DNA from: an uncultured Desulfobacteraceae bacterium
Lineage (GTDB): Bacteria; Desulfobacterota; Desulfobacteria; Desulfobacterales; UBA2174
DNA length: 64,000 nt
Direction of reading: 5' to 3'
Assembly (NCBI GenBank): GCA_937982505.1
Contig: CALJLV010000066.1
Location: 4,819 to 68,818 of the forward strand
The notes beneath the pieces are model-generated. The model worked only from the letters and a program-made list of their open reading frames with translations, did no database searches and was not told the origin of the DNA. Positions 9,010-20,000 of the stretch are shown one piece after another (the first letter of the stretch is position 1; each line of letters opens with the position of its first letter). The translations under genes and the position numbers were made by a program.

Positions 9010-10956
9010 ATGTGGATGCGGTTCTTCGTTTGGATGCTTCTGGGAGCGCTGGGGGCTGTTCCCGCGGTTCCCTGGAACCCCGCCGGCCTGTGGCCGCAGG
9101 TGTCCGTGGCGGCGGCCGGCAGTCTTGGGGAAGATCCACGGGACCATCGCGGGCGGCTCCTGTACAGACCCGGTGAGCTGCTGGTGACCTTCGTGCCGGA
9201 GGCCACCGAGACCCAGATGGCCGCCTTGCATCGCAGGGCCGGGGCCACCGTGGCCGGGCGCGGGCATCGAAACCGGCTGCACCGGGTGCACTGGGGCTCC
9301 TCCAGGGCCGCCCTGGCCGCCATGTCGCGTTACCGGGCCTCGGCCGCGGTGGCCCATGTGGAGCGACACGCCCGGCGCTATCCCCAGCGCGTCCCCGACG
9401 ACCCCCTCTACGGCCAGCAGTGGGGGCTGGATCGCATCAAGGCCCCGGCGGCCTGGGAATTCGGCACCGGCGGCGCGGAGCCGATCATCGCCGTCATCGA
9501 CTCGGGCGCCGACTACCGTCATCCCGACCTGGCGGGCAACATCTGGGTCAACCCGGCCGAACGCCACGGAACGGCCGGCGTCGACGACGACGGCAACGGC
9601 TTCGCGGACGACCTGGTGGGGTGGGATTTCGCCGGCGCCTCCGGCCAGAAAGGCGACCCCGATCCCAGCGACGGGGCCGCCAGCGGCCACGGCACCCATG
9701 TGGCCGGGATCATCGCCGCGACCGGCGACAACGCCGAAGGCATCGCCGGGGTTTGCTGGACGGCGCGCCTCATGCCCCTCAAGGTCAAGGCCGACAACGA
9801 CGACGATTACGACACCTTTCACATCATCGCGGCGCTGGATTACGCCCGGGATCAGGGCGCCCGCATCGTCAACTGCAGCTTCGGCGGGCCCACCTACTCC
9901 GAATCCGAATATCAGGCCATCCAGCGCCTGGGCGATCAGGGGGCCCTGGTGGTCTGCGCCGCCGGCAACGGCGGCGTCAATCTCGATCACGGCCAGCCCC
10001 TCTATCCGGCCAGCTACGATCTGGCCTGCATCATCACCGTGGCCGCCGCCACCCGCGGCGACGGGCTGGCCGCCTTTTCCAGCTGGGGGCCGTCGTCGGT
10101 GGACGTGATGGCCCCGGGCGAAGCGATCCGCTCCACCGTGCCGTCGGCCACCGAAGCGACGGTCGTGGCCGGCGAAACCCGGCACCCGGCCATCGGTCTA
10201 CTCTACGCCGCCCTGACCGGCCGGGACGGGGTGGCCGGTCCCCTGGCGGTTTGCGGCGAGGGGTACCCGGATCAGTTTCCCGCCGGCCAGACCGGCTACG
10301 TGGCGCTGGTCTGGCGCAGCGATGCGGCGGTCGAATTCGGGTTCGCCCAGAAAACGGCCAACGCCCGGGCCGCGGGAGCGGCGGCCGTGATCATCGCCAA
10401 CAACCGGGTCGACAACCTGGATCAGGAAGGCGGCACGCTGGGGGCCCCTGACGACTGGCCGCCGGCGGTCACCGTGACCCGGTCGGCGGGCGAAGCCCTG
10501 GTCCTCCAGGCGGGGCAAAACGTGGCCGTCGTTCATCGTCTGGTGGAGAACCACCCGGCGTACGCCTACAGCCAGGGCACCTCCATGGCCGTCCCGCATG
10601 TCAGCGGGCTGGCCGGGTTGATCTGGGCGCGCGACGGATCGCTGTCCGCCGGCCAGGTCAAAGCGGTGATTCTGGACGGGGTGGACCCCATTGCCGCCGT
10701 TTCCGGCAAGCTGGTTTCCGGCGGCCGGATCAACGCCCAACAGGCGCTGTGCATTGCCGCGGGCGTCAGCGGCGATCTGAACTGCGACGGCCGCACGGGA
10801 CTGGCCGACGCCATCCTGGCCGGCCGGCAACTGGCCGGCGGCCATCCCTTCGCCTGCCGGCCCTGTCTGGCGGCGGGGACGGACCCGGTACCCGACGGGT
10901 TGGTGTCGCCGGCGGATGTGGCGGCCATCCTGCAGCAGGTGGCCGGGCTGCGATAA
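9010..10956 (+). CDS. Secreted subtilisin-like S8 serine protease with a PA-domain insert and a dockerin-like C-terminus
   Basis: Has a signal peptide. The catalytic triad blocks are VIDSGADYRHPDL (Asp), HGTHVAGIIAA (His) and GTSMAVPHVSG (Ser). There is a PA-like insert (YVALVWRS...AAAVIIANN). The tail reads GDLNCDGRTGLADAIL ... DGLVSPADVAAIL. Confidence 0.9.
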   Translation: MWMRFFVWMLLGALGAVPAVPWNPAGLWPQVSVAAAGSLGEDPRDHRGRLLYRPGELLVTFVPEATETQMAALHRRAGATVAGRGHRNRLHRVHWGSSRAALAAMSRYRASAAVAHVERHARRYPQRVPDDPLYGQQWGLDRIKAPAAWEFGTGGAEPIIAVIDSGADYRHPDLAGNIWVNPAERHGTAGVDDDGNGFADDLVGWDFAGASGQKGDPDPSDGAASGHGTHVAGIIAATGDNAEGIAGVCWTARLMPLKVKADNDDDYDTFHIIAALDYARDQGARIVNCSFGGPTYSESEYQAIQRLGDQGALVVCAAGNGGVNLDHGQPLYPASYDLACIITVAAATRGDGLAAFSSWGPSSVDVMAPGEAIRSTVPSATEATVVAGETRHPAIGLLYAALTGRDGVAGPLAVCGEGYPDQFPAGQTGYVALVWRSDAAVEFGFAQKTANARAAGAAAVIIANNRVDNLDQEGGTLGAPDDWPPAVTVTRSAGEALVLQAGQNVAVVHRLVENHPAYAYSQGTSMAVPHVSGLAGLIWARDGSLSAGQVKAVILDGVDPIAAVSGKLVSGGRINAQQALCIAAGVSGDLNCDGRTGLADAILAGRQLAGGHPFACRPCLAAGTDPVPDGLVSPADVAAILQQVAGLR

Positions 10957-11070
10957 GCTCATCGAAGGGGAAGGCGAAGCGGTTGGATGGTCCTTGTCCG
11001 GACATTGCCGGTGAGAAACACGAACGGATTTCAAGTTGGCGAGGGGCCTTGGGAAGGCACTTTCCCCGGC

Positions 11071-11099
11071 TTGACACGAAGATCGATTTTTTGTTAATT
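11071..11099 (+). promoter_or_regulatory. Sigma-70-like promoter candidate for the OMP/FecR/giant-protein operon
   Basis: TTGACA (11071-11076), a 17-nt spacer, then TTAATT (11094-11099). The -10 is flanked by a 7-bp inverted repeat, ATCGATT (11083-89) and AATCGAT (11101-07). Confidence 0.35.
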
Positions 11100-11349
11100 G
11101 AATCGATAACTTCCGTTAAGCCCAAAACGGCTCCTGCCTCCAGACAGCTTGAAATGCAGCCATGTGGCGCCGTCCCGTGCCGCCTTCCCGGGGCGCATGG
11201 CCGCCGGACTCTCTGAGACAAGCGGACCGGAGGCCTTGCCAGGCCTGCTTTTCGGCAACGCCGCACGGTCTTCGCGGCCGGAACCATCGCCCATGGGACA
11301 TGACACGCCGGCCACCCACCTCAATCACCGTCCGCCGAAGGGACCCCCC

Positions 11350-12846
11350 ATGTTGTGCGCGCTTCGATCATTAGGACTCGCGGTGTTGTTCGCCACCCTC
11401 TGTCCCCTCTCCTGGGCCGGGACGGATGGCGGCCGGGCCCACTACGACGCCGGCGTCTTCGCCCATGCAGAGGGCGACTTCGCCAGCGCGGAGGCCCATT
11501 TCCAAAAAGCCCTGTCCTTCGCGCCGCGAAATCCCTACTACCACCACTACCTGGGCAAAACCTATCTGGACACGGCGCGCCTGGCCGAAGCGGCCGGCCC
11601 CCTGGAGGAGGCCTGGCGCATCGATCCGGGCATCTCCGGGCTGCGCCATGACCTGGCCACCCTCTGTTTCCGGACCGGCCGCTTCAGGGACGCCATCGGC
11701 CACTACGAGGCGATCCTCGCCGACGACCCCTCGGCGGTTCTGGCCCGCTATTACCTGGGGATCAGCTATCTGCGCGACGGACAATACGCCAGCGCCCTGG
11801 ATCATCTGCGCAGGGCCGCCGAACAGAGTCCCACGATCCGCGACAACGGCGATTACCACGCCGGAATTTGCTACCAGGAACTGGGGCGATGGGAAAAGGC
11901 GGTCGAGAAGTTCACCCATGTCCGGGACCACGCGGCTTCGGCCAGTCTGCGCGAGAGTGCCCAGCGCCGCCTGACGGTCCTGGAACGGCAAAAGGCCAAG
12001 CCGTACCGCCTGTATCTGCAGACCGGCTACATGAGCGACAGCAACGTCCTGCTGGAAGCCGTGGGGCAGGACCTGCCGTCCCGGAAGAAAGACGGCGCCC
12101 TGCTGGGGTATGTGGCCGGCCGCTGGGATCTGTTCACGGCCGACACCTGGACCCTCGGCGCCGGCTACAGTCATTACCATCTCGACTACCAGCGCCAGGA
12201 CGACTTCGATCTGAGCGCCAGTCTGCCCCAGATCTACCTGCGCAAACGGTTCGAACCGCTGGCCGTCTGCCTGACCTACACACCGCACTACTACTGGCTG
12301 GGAGGTGACGACTACCTCATGAAACACGAAATCCGGCCGGATCTGGTCTGGCGCCTCACCCCTCGGCTCAGCGCGCGCCTGGCCTATGCCTACGAAGTGA
12401 AGAAGTATTTCCAGACCACCGATCTTTCCGGTCACGCCCACAGGTTCGACGTGGATCTGTCATGGACCCTCGGCCAAGGACTCGAATTGCACGGCGGCGG
12501 CGGCCACGAGGTCAACAGTGCCGATGTGCCGGCCCAGGACTACGACCGCACCCAATTGCGCCTGGGGGCCGTGGCGTCCCTGCCCTGGGCCCTGCGGCTG
12601 CACGTGATGGGCAAGTACACGATCAAGGACTACGCCAGCCCCAATCCCGCCCTGGGTGATCTCGTGCGGGAGGAGCAAACCCTGGAGGGGCTGGCCAACC
12701 TGTCGCGCCGCCTCTTGTGGGACTGGCTGCGCATCGCGGCCGAATACCGCTTCACCCGCAATGACGCCAACATCCGCTTCAACAAGGTCGACATCTTCGA
12801 TTACGACCGCCATCAGGCGACCCTGTCCCTGACGGCCAGTTTCTGA
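11350..12846 (+). CDS. Outer-membrane protein with N-terminal TPR repeats and a C-terminal beta-barrel (Slam/DUF560-like architecture)
   Basis: The ATG at 11350 gives a signal peptide (MLCALRSLGLAVLFATLCPLSWA). About 5 TPR-like units follow. The C-terminal half has alternating hydrophobic strands and ends in ...LSLTASF, a terminal Phe typical of OMPs. Confidence 0.75.
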   Translation: MLCALRSLGLAVLFATLCPLSWAGTDGGRAHYDAGVFAHAEGDFASAEAHFQKALSFAPRNPYYHHYLGKTYLDTARLAEAAGPLEEAWRIDPGISGLRHDLATLCFRTGRFRDAIGHYEAILADDPSAVLARYYLGISYLRDGQYASALDHLRRAAEQSPTIRDNGDYHAGICYQELGRWEKAVEKFTHVRDHAASASLRESAQRRLTVLERQKAKPYRLYLQTGYMSDSNVLLEAVGQDLPSRKKDGALLGYVAGRWDLFTADTWTLGAGYSHYHLDYQRQDDFDLSASLPQIYLRKRFEPLAVCLTYTPHYYWLGGDDYLMKHEIRPDLVWRLTPRLSARLAYAYEVKKYFQTTDLSGHAHRFDVDLSWTLGQGLELHGGGGHEVNSADVPAQDYDRTQLRLGAVASLPWALRLHVMGKYTIKDYASPNPALGDLVREEQTLEGLANLSRRLLWDWLRIAAEYRFTRNDANIRFNKVDIFDYDRHQATLSLTASF

Positions 12847-12877
12847 AAGGCCGCCGGACAAAGGCGAGGAAAGGCAT

Positions 12878-13924
12878 ATGCGAACACTTCTCATGATGCT
12901 TGCGGCGGTCATGGCGCTGTGCAACGGCTTGGCGAACACCGCAGGCGCCCAGGAACTGATCTCTCCGGATATGCCCATCGAGGAGACCTACCGCCAGGGG
13001 ATCGGAACTCCGGTGGGCAAAGTCGTCAGGGCCCTCGGGCAGGTGGTCGTCATCCACCGGGGCGAGGCGGTGGGCTGCCGGGCCAAAGAAGGGCTGGATC
13101 TGTACGAAGCCGACACGGTGGTCTGCCTGGAGGAAAGCCAGGCCGTCCTGGAAATGGCCGACGGCAGCCGCCTGAGCCTGGCCGCCGCCACCCGCCTGAA
13201 GCTCACCCGCAGCGTTTTCAGCGCCCGGGAAAAGGACCGCTCCGCCTTTTTCCACCAGATCATCGGCAAGACCCGCTTCGTGATCACCAAGATGGCCGAC
13301 TTCAAGCGCTCCGAGGTGCGGGTGATGACCCCCACCGCCATCGTGGGCGTACGCGGCTCCGATTTTGTCATCATGGCCACGGAAGCCGCCACCCGGGTCA
13401 CCACCCTGGACGACACGCTGCTGGAGGTGTTCAACAAGCTGCTGCCCGAGCAGCCGCCGGTGATGCTGGCGGCCTTCCAGCAGTCGCTGGTGGAAGGCGC
13501 CGCCCCGCCCTCGCCGCCGCTGGACATCACCCCCGAGCAGGCCGCCGAGATCGTCCGGGACGTGCCCGCCGATCCCCAGAATCTCGCGCCTGAAAAGGAG
13601 GCGGCGCCGGCCGCCGCCGGCGCGACGGAACCGGCTGCCGCGACGCTGGAAACGACCGCCGCGGGAGCCTCTTTGACCGGGACGCCGGCCGCCACGACCG
13701 CCTGCCCGCCGATGCGGGTCGAAGACGCGGCCCTGGTCCCGCCCGAAACGCCGGACAGGGAAATCCCGCCGGCACCGGAAACACCGTACGTCGAAAGACT
13801 GGATACCCTTCAGCGCGAAGAGATCACCCGTATCCAGGAAACACAGGACAACAGCCTCAAGAACCTCCAGGAGGAAAATCTGGCTGTCCAGCAGATGCCG
13901 GATTTCCCCAAACCGCCCCGGTAG
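12878..13924 (+). CDS. Secreted FecR-domain protein with a Pro/Ala-rich C-terminal half
   Basis: Has a signal peptide. The FecR-like blocks are VGKVVRALGQVVVIHRG..., LYEADTVVCLEES.AVLEMADGSRLSL and TAIVGVRGSDFVI. An RBS (GAGGAAAGG) sits upstream. Confidence 0.8.
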   Translation: MRTLLMMLAAVMALCNGLANTAGAQELISPDMPIEETYRQGIGTPVGKVVRALGQVVVIHRGEAVGCRAKEGLDLYEADTVVCLEESQAVLEMADGSRLSLAAATRLKLTRSVFSAREKDRSAFFHQIIGKTRFVITKMADFKRSEVRVMTPTAIVGVRGSDFVIMATEAATRVTTLDDTLLEVFNKLLPEQPPVMLAAFQQSLVEGAAPPSPPLDITPEQAAEIVRDVPADPQNLAPEKEAAPAAAGATEPAAATLETTAAGASLTGTPAATTACPPMRVEDAALVPPETPDREIPPAPETPYVERLDTLQREEITRIQETQDNSLKNLQEENLAVQQMPDFPKPPR

Positions 13925-14016
13925 CCCGGACGCTTCCCCGATGGCGGTGACCGTTGGACGCCTGAATCCGGCGCACTGGATGTCAGGCAACATCCATCTA
14001 CCCAGGGAGTCTTTCC

Positions 14017-17000
14017 ATGACACGCCAGCCGTATTGCCCGCGCCAAGGCTTGAACCTTTCCCTCCGGATCCTGTCGGTGTTGCTCGCTTTGATCGCGCCC
14101 CTCTTTTTGGGGGAGAACCTCCTGGCAATGGGCGAGGCGATGACCATCAGCGGTTCGGTCATGCACCGCATCGATTCGGGTGGAAACGATTACGGAATTC
14201 TTGACATAACGATAGTCGATTTCAGCGGCACCCTGCCGGACGATATCAGCGCCATCACCGTCACCTATGACAATGGAACCAGTGGTCCCGTCGATCTCGG
14301 CCTGACCAAGGACGACTTTACCTTCGATCCACAGTTCAACCAGTTTTACCTCGCTGCGCCGGGGGTTCCCGGGTTGGGCACCTACACCTTCACCGTGACC
14401 GCCGGGGAGACCGAAGCCGTCGACGCCGATACCCAGACCGTCATCCGCGACATTCCGGCGCCTTACCCTGGAAGCCTCTATCCCCTGGCCAACAGCACCG
14501 TCTACCGGCCCGATGCGACGTTCTCATGGGAGCCGCTGACCGGTTACACCGAAACACCGCTCTACTACCGCTTCGAAGTCTGCAACGACAACGCCGGATC
14601 GGTGGGAACACGGGTTTTCGCGTCGGGGCGCATCCGGGACATGTACCATTACACCCTGAACGATCCGGTCTTGACCCCGGGCGCCACCTACTGGTGGCGG
14701 GTGCGCGTCACCGATGCCGACGCTTACAAGACCACCGAGAACCGCCACGACACCCAATGGCGCCAATTCACCATGGCCGCGTCCTTTCCCACCTATGCGA
14801 GGCCACCGTTCATCAGCGACGACACCCTGGGGGCGATTACCTATTCGCGACCGGGTAAAGATCCCGTGCTCTACTTCTGGGTCAAGGTCGTCGACCACCA
14901 GGGGATCCCCGAAGGCGGCACCTCCCACCAGGTCAAGGCGGCCTTTCCGGCCGGATCGCCGGCGGCCGGTGCGGAAGTCATGCTGCGTTTTTACCAGGGC
15001 CTGGACTGGGACGCCGGCCTGAACCGCTACCGGGCGGCCTACTACGAGAGCGACTTTATCCACACCGGCGGCGCGGACATCGCCGGTTTTGCAGGGAATT
15101 ACGTGTTCACCGTCACCGATGCCAGCGGCAACGCCTCGAGTTTTACCGACACGCTGACCGTCAGCCCTGTCGAACCGGTGGTGCAGGCCTCGATTCAAAT
15201 AGACGGCCTGCCGGCCAGCGCCGCCCCCACCGTCTCCACCACCCCCACCGTCACCTGGGCGGCCTCGACCAGCCCCAATGTCAGCCATTACCGGGTCCGC
15301 ATTTACCAGAACGACGCCGCGACGGTGGTCTGGAACGGCATCGTCGGAGATCAGACCTGCACGGTGCCCCCAGGGGTGCTGGCGCCCAACGGCACCTACC
15401 GTTTCCGGCTGGAAGCCCGCGACGGCCACCAGAACCTGGAGATGGACAACTGGGCCCGCACCCCGGCCAATGCGGAGGATTACTTCGTCTTTTACACCGG
15501 TCCGGCCAGCGCGGCGGCCCCGTTCATCGACCTGGACAAGCACGGCGTCTTCACCAGCAATCAGGATGTCAAGGGCACGACGCTCGCTTTTTGGGTCAAC
15601 GTGCACGACGCCCGGGGAGTGCCGGGCAACATCAAGTCGGTCACGGTCCGCTGGAACGACGGGACGCAAAAGGAGGCGCGCCTCTACCACGACCCGGAAC
15701 GGGGCGGCAATGCCACCAGCGGCATTTACTGGTGCGAGACCTTTCATCCACCGGCGGCGGCCACCTACACCTTCACCGCGGAGGACTGGGACGGCAACAG
15801 CGGCAGCGCGACGGATACCTTGACGGTCGACCCCATCGGATATCCGGCGGCCGCCTCTCTTTCACCCAACCCGGCGATGAATGTGCCGCTGGGGACCACC
15901 GCCGTGAACTTCACCTGGGACGCGGTGGCCGGGGCGGCCTTATACCAGCTTCAGATCATCGACAAGGACTGGAACCGCTACAACTTCTTCACGACCGACA
16001 ACGCTTTTTCCCTGGCCGAAGGGCTTCTTCAGGACAACGCCTATTACCGGTACCGCGTCCTCACGCAGCGCGAATTCTTCGAACAGGACGTCGACAACCT
16101 CTCCGAGAGCCCCTTCGACGGCAACGGCTACCCCGGTTTCACGACCAGCGCCCGGTCCGGCAGCGCAGCGCCGACCATCGCGATGGATGACGGGGTGACG
16201 GTTTCCCGCCTGGAAATCGCCTCCCTTGGCGGCACGGTATACATCCTCGAACTGGACGTCGCGGTGACAGACCCGGACGGGGTGCCGGAAAACATCCAGA
16301 CCGTGACCGTGACCTATCCGGACGGCACGACGGTGAGAGACTTGAAGCTGGACGACGTGCGCGGGGCCAATCAGGGCGATTACGAGGCCCCGATTGTCTT
16401 CTACTCGAATCCAGCCGAGATCCAGCAGGGCGTCTACACCTTCACGGTCACCGATTTCGACGGCCGCACGGCCACGGTCAGCGACACGCTGGTCGTCGAT
16501 CCGCTGCCGGCGGTCACCGCCCTCTGGCCCCAGCCCAACAGCACGGTCTCCGCCGGCGGGCTGATCATCGACTGGACCGATGTGCCCGGCGCCGTGGCTT
16601 ATATCGTTGAGATCATGAAAGATTATGATGATCATCACCGAAGTCCTCGGCTGGCCCAAAGCTTCTACCAAGTGCCGGCCGGCGTGCTGGCCGACCGAAA
16701 CACCTACAGCTACCGGGTCTCTGCCGTGCGAGAAAATCCCGAGACCGAAGATGTCGACAACGTCTCCCATACCCATACCGGGCTGGACAGCCAGGACCCC
16801 CACTTCACCGCCCTGGCCTCCGTCGTGGACAACGACGGCGACGGGATGGACGACCACTGGGAGACCGGGTGGTTCGGCGACACGACCACCGCCGGCGTCG
16901 CCACCGATTTCGATGGGGATGGTCTTTCGGATTTCGATGAATATGGCCACAGCACAAATCCGAAGGTCTCCGACACCGACGGCGACGGCCTTACCGACAG

Positions 17001-20000
17001 TCAAGAGGTCAATACGCACGGCACCAATCCCCTCACGGCGGATACAGACGCCGATGGAATGACGGACGCTTACGAAATCGCCAGCGGCCTCGATCCGCTG
17101 GCGGATGACGGCGGCGGCGATCCGGATGGCGACGGGCTGAGCAACCGGGAAGAATACACGGCGGGCACCGATCCCAACCGGGCCGACACGGACAGTGATC
17201 TGATGCGCGACGGCTATGAGGTCGCCCACGGACTGGATCCGCTGACCGACGACGGGGAGGCGGACCTGGACGGCGACGGGGTGCCCAACGTGTCGGAATT
17301 TATTTTCGGCACGGCGGCCGACAACCCCGATACGGACGGGGACGGATACGGCGACGGCGAGGAGATGGATGCCGGCAGCGATCCGCTGGCCGCCTTGGAA
17401 ACGCCCGAGCGCCTGGCCCTGGTCGCGCTGTACAACGCCGCGGGCGGGGCCGGCTGGACCAACGCTACCGGCTGGATGGGCGCTGCGGGCACCGAGTGCA
17501 CCTGGTACGGCGTCACCTGCGACGACAACGGCCGCGTCATCGAACTGCAACTTTCCGGAAACCTTCTTATCGGCGTTATCCCACCGGAGCTGAGCCACCT
17601 GAAATACCTGGTGGAATTGAACCTCAACACTAACCAGCTCAGCGGTTCGATCCCCGCGGAGCTGGGAAATCTAGTGAATCTGGCGAAATTGAACCTTTCT
17701 CATAACCAGTTGACGGGGGCGATTCCCGCGGCCCTGGGCAACCTGACGAACCTGCAACTGCTGTCCGTTTGGGCCAACCAGCTGAGCGGATCGATTCCTA
17801 CGGCCCTGGGCAGCCTGTCAAACCTGATAGAACTGGATCTTTCCGCCAACCAGCTTGAGGGATCGATACCCGCGGAGTTGGGCAACCTGGAAAACCTCGT
17901 ATTTCTATTTGTTAACCAAAACCGCCTTGAGGGGCCGATTCCCGCAGCGCTGGGCAACCTGGCAAATCTTGAATATCTTTACATCAACGACAACCGGTTG
18001 GCCGGTCCGGTGCCGGCGGAAATCTCCAACCTGACAGCCCTCCTCGACAACGGGAGCGATTTTCGCAACAACGCGCTCTTCACCTACGACGAGACCGTCC
18101 GCACCTTCATGAACGCCAAGCAGATCGACGGGGACTGGGAAAGCTCCCAGACCCTTCCGGCGGACCTGGATTCGGACGGCGACGGGATCCCGGACACCTA
18201 CGAGACGGCCCACGGGCTGGACCCGCTGGCCGACGACGGCGACGGGGACTTGGACGGCGACGGCCTGACCAACCTGGCCGAGTATCAGGCCGGCACGGCG
18301 GCCGACAACCCCGACACGGACGGCGACGGCTATACGGACAAGGAAGAAATCACGGCCGGGAGCGATCCGCTGGCCGCCTTGGAAACGCCCGAGCGCCTGG
18401 CCTTGATCGCGCTGTACAACGCCGCGGGCGGGGCCGGCTGGACGGACAACACAGGCTGGCTGGGCGAGCCGGGATCCGAGTGCGACTGGTACGGGATCGA
18501 ATGCGACGACAACGGCCATGTGGTGGCGCTGCGTCTGGCGGAAAACCACCTGGTCGGTTCGCTGCCGGCGGCCATGGGCAACCTGAAGTTCCTGCATTCG
18601 TTGTATTTATATACCAACCAGCTCAGCGGCCCGCTGCCGGCGGAGCTGGGCGGCCTGGCCAATCTGTCGATCCTCCACCTGCACGACAACCAGTTTTCCG
18701 GAGCCCTCCCGGGGCAAATCGGCAACCTGGTCAATCTTTCTTGGATGTCGCTGTCCGCCAACCAGTTCAGCGGGGCCGTCCCGGTCGAGCTGGGCAACCT
18801 GGCAAACCTCTACCACCTGGATCTTTCCGACAACCGGTTCACGGGTCCCATCCCCGCAACGATAGGCCGTCTGTCCCGGCTGGAATCGTTCTACGCGGCA
18901 TCCGGCGGCCTCAGCGGGGCCATCCCCGACGAACTGGGCAACCTGGCCCGGCTCAAGACCCTGCACCTGCCGGGCAACCAGCTTTCCGGGTCGATCCCGG
19001 CAGCCGTGGGCGATCTGACCGACCTCACCTGGCTTTCACTTTCCACCAACCCGCTCAGCGGCCAGATCCCCCCGGAACTGGGCAATCTGGCGAATCTTGA
19101 ATACCTCTACCTGGACAACAACCAGCTCAGCGGCTCGATCCCCGCGACCCTGGGGAATCTCGCGGCGCTGGTGGATCTGGACCTGACCTACAACCAGCTC
19201 ACAGGCGGCATCCCGGCGGAGCTGGGCGGCCTGACCCGTCTGCGGCGCCTGGAGTTGAAGGCCAACCAGCTCGGCGGCGACATCCCCGGGGAGCTGGGGA
19301 ATCTGGCCAATTTGGAGGACCTGGACCTGGCCTACAATCAGCTTGCCGGGGACATTCCTTCATCGCTGGGCGTCCTGACGAACCTCACCGGCCTGTATCT
19401 GGACAACAACCAGCTCACCGGAGGCATCCCGGCGGATCTGGGTTTCCTGACGAATCTGACCACCCTCAATCTGCACGCCAACCAACTCAGCGGCCCCATT
19501 CCCGCCGAATTGGGCAACCTGGCGGGTCTGCAATTTCTGCACATCAACGACAACCGGCTCGGCGGCCCGGTGCCCGAACAGATCAAGCATCTGGTGTCCC
19601 TGGTGGACAATCAGAGCGATTTTCGCAACAACGCCCTCTACACCGAGGATGACACGGTCCGCGCCTTCCTCAACGCCAAGCAGACGGGGGGCGACTGGGA
19701 GAGCAGCCAGGCGCCGCCGATCACCGTATCGCTTTCCGCCCCGGCTTGGGTCGACGAAGGCGGCCAGATCCCCTACACGGCCACGCTGGACGCGCCGGCT
19801 CTGGGGGACATGACGGTCACCCTCTCCAACGGCCTGATCCTCATCATTCCCGCCGGCACCCTCAGCGGCGGCCAGACGGTGGACGCGCCCGGCGACGATC
19901 CCTACCTCGACAGCGAAGATGTGGCGGTCAACATCAACGACGCCACCGCGGGCGACTTCGAACGGATCCTCGTCGACCCGACCCCTGCGGTGACCCGGAT

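Noticed and set aside
8866-10185. 439-aa minus-strand ORF overlapping the S8 protease gene
   Set aside because: It is antisense to a gene with an intact subtilase triad, and its sequence is low-complexity Gly/Arg/Ala.
14524-17598. Minus-strand ORFs of 407 aa and 552 aa inside the giant surface-protein gene
   Set aside because: They are antisense shadow ORFs with Gly/Arg/Val/Asp-rich repetitive translation. The plus-strand frame carries coherent repeated protein domains.
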